NCBI GenBank assembly: GCA_046563655.1
Contig: CM102286.1
Location: 11,594,001 to 11,658,000, forward strand
Direction of reading: 5' to 3'
Length of the DNA stretch: 64,000 bases
Source: Yuukianura sp. NJ FZ-2021
Lineage: Eukaryota
In this document: in pieces, positions 57,201-64,000 of the stretch
Layout of the letters: the number at the start of each line of letters is the position of its first letter
Numbering within the stretch: the stretch's first letter is position 1
Position numbers and translations under genes: made by a program
The notes under the pieces: generated by a model
What the model was told of the DNA's origin: nothing
Databases searched by the model: none
The model's input: only the letters and a program-made list of their open reading frames with translations

Positions 57201-59961
57201 GCTATGGAAAAGTCCGACTTCACATGTTCCCAACTGCAGACAAAATTGGATACAGCATTAGCAACAAATTCTAGGCTACAGAAAGAGAGAGACGGAGCAG
57301 TTAGTGAATTGAATCTCTTCCAGGGCAAACTGGACAATCATCAACATTCAATAAGCAAGCTCTCGAAAGAAAGAGACGCTCTACAAGATCAAACTAAAAA
57401 ACTAGAAACCCAGTTGGACATGGCACAGTCTAATTTGATGAAGTTAACAAGAGAAAAGGACAGTCTCATTGCTGAAGCAGAATTTGTGAAAGACAAGTAC
57501 GAGAAAGCTGTAATAGAGCGAGAAGAGCTGAAACGCTCAAGTGACGGTCTTAAACATGAGATTGGCAGAATACGCGGAGATGAAATTGGAAAATTAAAGG
57601 AGGAAATTGATAAGGTCAAGGAAGAACTTGAGAGGTAAATCACAGTATAAAGTTAAAGTATAACAAAAAATGGCAAACCGAAGCTAGTTTTTCAAAATCG
57701 GGTTTAAATTTTTCAGAGCTCACCTTGATGCATACCGTCTACAATCCAAATTGGAGTCTACAACTGCCGATTTAAATGCCGCACAATCACAAACTTCAAA
57801 ATTACGTGAAGAAAATTCCCTACTGCAGCAAATGAACGACCGATCTAGTGTTCGTTTGAAAGACAGTGAAGATAAAATCAAGGAAGAGCTGGAACGCACA
57901 CGAGTTGAACTGGAACTTCTACGTGAAAAGAAAGAAGCTGAAGTGAAGAGGCTATCGCAAGATAAAGAACGCCTTCTCGATGAAAAGAGAAAGTTAGAAG
58001 CTGAATTGGAATTCAAAAATAGAAGCAGTGGTGACCCAGCAGAAGTACAACGTTTACGAGAAATGGTCCAGACATGGCAAGCTAAAGCTGAAAAGTTAAA
58101 CAGTGAACTGTCACAATGCAAGGCAGTAATTAATGAGCTGCGAAGTAATGAAATGGAGTTAAGCGCACTTCGGGAAAGAGTGAAAGCTCTAGAATCTGAA
58201 GCCCAAATTCAGCCAGATTTCCAAAGTAAATTAGAACAAAAGAACATTGAGATCAACAATTTACGATCCGAACTTTCGTACAATCGAACCGAGTTCTCTA
58301 AATTCAAAAATGAAAAGAACGAGCAAATATCCAACTTAAATTCGAAACTTGGGGATTATGCCAATTTGAAGTCCGAACTCAATAAGCACCAGTCTTTGTT
58401 GAATAATCAGAATAAGGAATTAGAAAAAATGAAAGCATTGCTCGAAGCTCGTGCTGCTGAAGCCGGAAATTTAAATCGTGAACTCGCTCTTAAAGTTCAA
58501 GAAATTCAGCGCCTCAAGGAGTCCAGTAGTAAATCCATTCCTGCAGAAGAGAGTAATAAACTTCGCCAAAGTTACGAGGAAAAGTGTAATGAACTAAGCA
58601 AGTACAGAAGTTTGCTTGACGAACGGCAAGCAGATCTCAAAGCTAATGCCAAAGAAATTCAGAAGCTACAGGAGAAATTAGAAAAACATAAAATCCAGTG
58701 TGACAAGTATGAGAAACAAATGGCGAAATTTGAGCACGAGATGATGCAGTTAACAGGCGAACGAGATGAACTGGTTGGCCAACTAGAGAAGAGTCAGGAG
58801 CTTCTCGTTCAGTTTCAACGGGAACTCAATAGTCGTAAAGGTGAAAGTGACGGGAGAGTGAAAGAACTGGAAGCAGAAATTGGCAGACTCCGAAATGAAT
58901 TAGGAAAAGTGAGAGAAGTTGAGGTAAGTTTATCCACGCACATTCAATAATTGTGTTAAAAAATAAATATTTATAATAAATAAATATTGGTTTTTTGTGT
59001 TCCAATAGACCCATTTACACCAAATGGAGAAAAGTTACAAGGATGAATTGGATTCCGAACGAGCCGCTGCCAATGAAAAAGTTGACGGATTAATCAAGCA
59101 GATAAAGCAGTTGGAAGCGAAATTACAATCCACAGCAAAACAAATTGGTCAGTCAAATCCAAATCAAGCGGAAGTAGAAAAAGTGCGACAAGAAAGCGCT
59201 AACATTCAAGCGGAAATGGAGCGCTTACTTAAACTTCTTCAGGCTTCGCAGGAAGAAGTCAATAACAAGGATAAGGCGTTACAGCAACTGCGAGAGTAAG
59301 AAAACTTTCACTGAAACTTTCACCTTAATAGTAATTTTTCGTCGATAAGCAATCAATGATTATTATTTTTTTTTACAGAGCACTTAAAGCAGAAAGGGCG
59401 AAGGCCTCGGCTGCGGAGCAGGTAATGTTTTTCAGATTTCTTGAATCCATATCAATGCAATCTCTAGAATAAAGACGTACGCTTGAAGTTAGGGAGCAAA
59501 ATCGCAATATGCTGACCGCCAAAGTAGTAAGTTTGGTGATGCATTGCGACTATTGGAAATTTCGTTTGGCGCAACGAGCAACATTTGACTAAATTTTAGT
59601 CACAGGGATTTGGTAATGGTAATCAGAATCACACGCATACAGAACTTAACATAAGTTAAATTTTAAACAACAGTTCTTGAGTCTCGAGCGTACATCTTTA
59701 TTCTAAATACTTCTGTACGTATTTCTAGTACATTTACAGTACATTCTCTAAATACGAAACTGAAAACCTCAAACCTTTATCCATTTCTTTTCAATGAGGC
59801 CTCAGTGCGGCCTTAAAAGAAGGCTCAATTAATGCCGTCAAGAAATGGAGAAAGGGCTGAGGTTTTTAGTTGCTTATTTAGAGAATGAGGTGTATTTATT
59901 TCACTATACTTATGGTTTACCTTTCCAGGGTCCGGCGGGTTTTCTCAAATCGCTCTTTTAA
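51286..59961 (+). CDS. brp: Bruchpilot (ELKS/CAST/ERC family active-zone protein)
   Basis: Exons from 51286-51521, 53097-53260 and 53465-53814 onward. ELKS motifs LQRELGNLKKELELTNQKLGSSMHSIKTFWSPELKKERALRKEES and DYQRHIVVLKESLCAKEEHYNML, then long coiled coils. The last exon 59929-59961 encodes GPAGFLKSLF*, matching the recalled Drosophila BRP tail GPAGFLKSFF. The first exon is less certain. Confidence 0.95.
52500..52570 (-). repeat. Possible Helentron/DINE-like fragment with (GTCT)n microsatellite; related fragment at ~19471-19521
   Basis: The reverse complement TTATTAAATAGCGA..AGCTACTTTAT..GTCTGTCTGTCTG resembles TTATTAAGCAGCGAAGCTACTTTAT..GTATGTCCGTCTG at 19471. Another CAGA-type tract lies at 46826-46850. 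Confidence 0.4.
56912..57125. mobile_element. MITE-like element in a brp intron
   Basis: Perfect 18-bp inverted repeat GTTTGTCTCTTTTTAGAA/TTCTAAAAAGAGACAAAC bounding 214 bp. TSD unclear. Confidence 0.55.
59742..59887. repeat. 48-bp-arm inverted repeat in the last brp intron
   Basis: 59742-59789 versus 59840-59887: ungapped, 42 of 48 positions Watson-Crick, 50-nt loop. Confidence 0.9.
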
Positions 59962-60217
59962 TCCAATTTCCGGCTGAAAGTGAATAATAATGACACAAAT
60001 AATTAAATTACTAACAAATATAACCGACATTACTTGGATCTCATATCTCATTACAGGGCTGTGTTCAAACTTCAATAAAGATTTGTCTCGTGTTTTTAAA
60101 TTTCGAATAATTACTGGAAACCTTTTGCTGTCGTCTTGTACGTAACTAATGAGTTAATTTTTTTTGTGTTTAATTTTTTATTGCAAGAATAAAGCAAAGG
60201 TTGTCATAAAAATAACT

Positions 60218-63200
60218 TTAATAGTGTGTCAGGCATGCTGGCTTCCTCCAACTAGTAGTCCAATCAGGCGGAGTAAGGTACTTTATATCTGAATGTCAAA
60301 CAAAAATGAAATTAGGTCCATACTAAAATTAAATTAAGAATTAAAGTCCTACTCTACAATTAAAAGCTTACCCAACAATTCATCTTCATCCTTGGATATT
60401 TTTGACCATATTTGTCTCGTAATTGTGCCAATTTCCTTCAAAAAGTCGGCAAATAAATCAAACAAGTGAGCTCCTTCAGCATCCAACTCCAACCTGGCCA
60501 AACACTCGATCGTCCTTTCGATGTCAGCTCTAACTTGGCGTTCCACGTTTGTAACTGCTTCCCATACATGTGCAATGATCGCTTTGTCTTCATACTTGGA
60601 GCCTTCCTTTAAGGAGTGCACCTTCCGTTCTTGCTTCCTTCTGCCTTTTCCAGAGCGGGAAGTTCCTCTATAAACATGACAATGACCTTTACCGAATCAA
60701 CTTCACATGAGAGAGCGGAAAATGAACAATGTAAGCGTCGATCATCGTTGAAACTGAGAATTCAATATATTTTAATAAAAAAAAAAATCAAATCGTACCT
60801 TGACCTAGAAGAAACTGGATTACTACCGGAAGTCATGGTTGAAACGCTTTCGGTCTCTGAAAAGTCCTCCCCATTGTCTCCCATTCCAAGGTCAGATTGT
60901 AGTAACAATGCTTCCCTCTTAGCTATAATTTGTATGTAGCGATCTCCGTGACGTTTTAACTCTTGGAGCAGGTTGGTGAGAAAATCGGCCAAATTAACTT
61001 GGTGTTCCAGTAGCTTTGGCTTTACGAGCTCTTCTATAAGACACTTCGAATTCTCGTCTTTGAACGTTAAGGCACAAGCATGTGACCAATGATGAGCCTT
61101 AGTCCAGTAAGTTACGGCGGAGCGGTAATCTGATAAGAACACTTCACACAGCCGAGCAGCATTCTCCCATTCCTGAATTAATAAACAAAATAAGAACCAA
61201 TCAGAAACCTTAATTGCTTCACTGTATCTACTTTCCCAGTAAGAAGAGAAACTTAGAATGTTTACAGTTTTAAATATAGAAATTAGGGAAAATTAGTCAA
61301 TGTCAATAATGATAAATTGCTCACTTGTTTCTGCTCGAAGTGGTGAACCAGACTGCGACAAAAGTCCATTCTCCCTTGGTATTCCGAAGTGACGAGAGCA
61401 TACTCCCAACTACCAGCTTTGACAGCACACTCGACAGACTTAGCAAGATTTCCGCTTCTCATATATAGAATGCTTGCATCTTGATTCTCCCCGCGACTTT
61501 CTAAATACTCGCCATACACTTCTTGTATACGTTTTCGAATTAACATTGCTTCCTCTTCGCATCGCTCTCCCAAAGTAGACGGAACAGTTCGAAGAATTCT
61601 GAGGGCATCAGCGTAAACTTGATGTTTTTGGACATATTTTAGAATTTCTTCGATTGGTACAGAAGAGTCCTGGAGCAGATCTTCCAATCCTTTCGTCCAT
61701 CTTTTCAGCGTTACATTAATCTGGAACTTCCTCTTGAGAAGGGGCAAAGTTCTGAGGTTATTGAGAATTGGGAGATACTCTTTCGGATCCTTCCCGAGAC
61801 AATCAGCTACAATTGCCACTAGATTAAGGTCGTAAGTTCCAAGAGCAGCCTCGTAAAGCGTCTCTGACTTGTCAGCATAAAAACTGAAAAAAAATTAGAT
61901 ACAAACCACACGATAGTTATTTGAGAACCGTAAAGAATTTCTTTTAAAAAATCATAAACTCACTAAATGAGTGAAAGCTTACCTCAAAAATTGAACCCGC
62001 TTCTTAGCCACTTCCCGATTCGTTTCTCCGAATATGAGTTTGGAATTCAGTAATTCTTCATACTGCCCTAGCCTTGCCATTGTGGCTAAATACGGCTGAA
62101 CCGAAGTGTTTTTATTACCGGTCAAATCTTGAATCTTCATCTCCAACGCTGCCCTTAGCAAATGGACAAAGTCCAAATTTTCTGTACTGATTTCAGTGAC
62201 GAACAGTACCAGCAAGTTAGGATCTTCCACATCACTTGACATGCATTGCGCAGCTTCAGTCAATGATAAATTGGCGTTACTGTCAGCAGCAACGGATTTG
62301 AGTTCGGCCACCAGAATATTTGCGTCAATGCGATGTCTCCGCATTGAAGCTAAAATTTTGGTAAAGGACCTCTCCTTTTCGTGCCTTAGCATGATTTTTA
62401 TAGACATTAGAAGCAATGGACGAGGGTGAATCGTTTCTATATTTCCTCTTGGCAGCACTTCAACGACTACTGTTGGATCATTCACTCGATTAAAGCAGCA
62501 AGTTAGTATCATAGAACCTTTCTCCACTTTTCTTGAGTAGCGCTCCATTTGTTCCGGAGTATAACTAACAGCGAAGCCTTTCTCCAATTCGGAAACATGA
62601 ATTATTTGTAGAATTCCTTGCACTGTTGTGTACAAGAGATTGTCGTGGAATGTAGTCATCGAGGCACAATCTGTGGCTACTTTACACGTCCTGCTTCGCC
62701 AATACACCTCCAACAGTCCTGTCCTTGTGTCGTGAAGCACGAGCATAATGGAGTTATGAATATCGTTGTCTCCAGTGAATGAACCGGTGAATAGGCACTT
62801 CACGTCTCTGTAAGGAGTATTTGCTGTGACCAGTGTCGTGGGGTGATATTTTGATGAGGATGCATTTTTCAAATCCAAGAGGCTGAGTTCATTCTCAGAT
62901 AGAAGCAGAAGATGATCAGATTGAACATAACTTGGTCCCGTTACTGCCATAGTAGCCAGACAGGCAAATGGAACAATGAGTGTCGGGGCAAGTAGTATTG
63001 CAGTGGCGGTGTCACTATCAAGTAGGAATTCCTTTTCTCCACAACCTTCCGGAACTTCGTATGTAATAATTTCTCTTCCATTAATACAACAAATTGTTCT
63101 GGAATTTGGCCATGTCCAATTATACGCCGATTCAACTTCGGGAGTTTTTGGAACCACCATTCGTTTTACAATCTTCAGTTGGTTTTCAATGTAATGTACT

Positions 63201-64000
63201 TGCAAGATGCTTCCGTTTAGTAAAACACATAAAAATCCGTTCCAAAAACTGCTAAGTACAACCTCTTGAACACGACTTTCAAGTGACACCTATAGCATGG
63301 AAATAGGATTAGCTCATCGGTTTAATATAAGTGATTATTAACGGGTATAAGTATTATAAATCAATAACTCAAGGTTGGATTGCTCAATTGGTGTTGGCAG
63401 ATACAGACCATTGACATTGATCATTACCTGGACGTATCCATATGGTGGTGGGGCGGATGTAACGGAGAACGGAGTACAGTACACATTGCATCCATTAATA
63501 GAGACTGATAATGAAGAAATTGACCAGCTCCCCGATGAGAAACTAAGCTGGCAATCATGAACCGAGTAATGCCCGCTCTTGAATATGGTGTAAAGTCTGT
63601 GGGGTACAAACGATATGGCTTTAAGAATGGAATAGATAATCATTACCAAAAAGTACCAATTTCGACATGAAAATAAGACATTGATGAATATTAAAAATTA
63701 CCTGTATACATTCCTTTCATCCCAACAAGTGTACTTAATTTCTTCATCGGTATCGGATGAGACTTGTCGCCGTATCGTGTATTTACACATCCACAAGTAA
63801 TTCGATCGATGCCAAAGTTCCACAGCATTCTGTAGTGTTACTGCCAATATTTCGGAGGATGGATTCCAACATAAATCCTTGACAGTACTACGGTACCCGG
63901 AGTCGACAGTAGCATCTACTTTAGGATTGAATGCCGACCTTCTCATCATGTTTAGTTCCAAGAAAATGATTAGGTCGTCGTCGGTTTCAATTTTAGCTTT
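60218..64000 (-). CDS. ELP1: Elongator complex protein 1 (IKAP), divergent; 5' part lies beyond the window
   Basis: LCWNPSSEILAV..W.RSNYLWMCK; RKVEKGS..VLPRGNIETIHPRPL; MRRHRID; ALGTYDL..KDPKEYLPILNNL; basic tail KRKVHSLKEGSKYED. Stop at 60218-60220. Confidence 0.93.

Overview
This is gene-dense eukaryotic DNA from a compact, AT-rich arthropod genome with many 55-90 nt GT-AG introns. Myofilin and bruchpilot indicate a pancrustacean; a springtail-like hexapod is my guess and cannot be proven from the window. Genes in order: 3' part of adenosylhomocysteinase (+), ATF3-like bZIP (+), an unannotated 10-exon gene of about 1054 aa (-), protein kinase D (+), vinculin (-), adenylosuccinate synthetase (+), alpha-actinin (-), myofilin (+), bruchpilot/ELKS (+) and the 3' part of Elongator subunit ELP1 (-). 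The ORF track shows the 1054-aa gene mainly as a low-complexity ORF. When its exons are spliced by hand, the N-terminus resembles SLX4IP and the C-terminus resembles the PWWP3A/MUM1 (EXPAND1) C-terminal domain, a combination I do not recognise from any characterised protein. Mobile DNA includes a 2.2-kb foldback element with ~950-bp arms and a 6-bp TSD in a PKD intron, a TIR element carrying a 1-kb 11-bp satellite, two copies of an 8-bp-TSD MITE, and a multiply deleted BEL/Pao retrotransposon. Splicing features include mutually exclusive alpha-actinin exons with an adjacent intronic stem, a 12-nt vinculin microexon, a GC-AG intron in brp, and frame compatibility for a myofilin-brp read-through. 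All homology calls come from recalled motifs, not database searches, and exon boundaries were read by eye.
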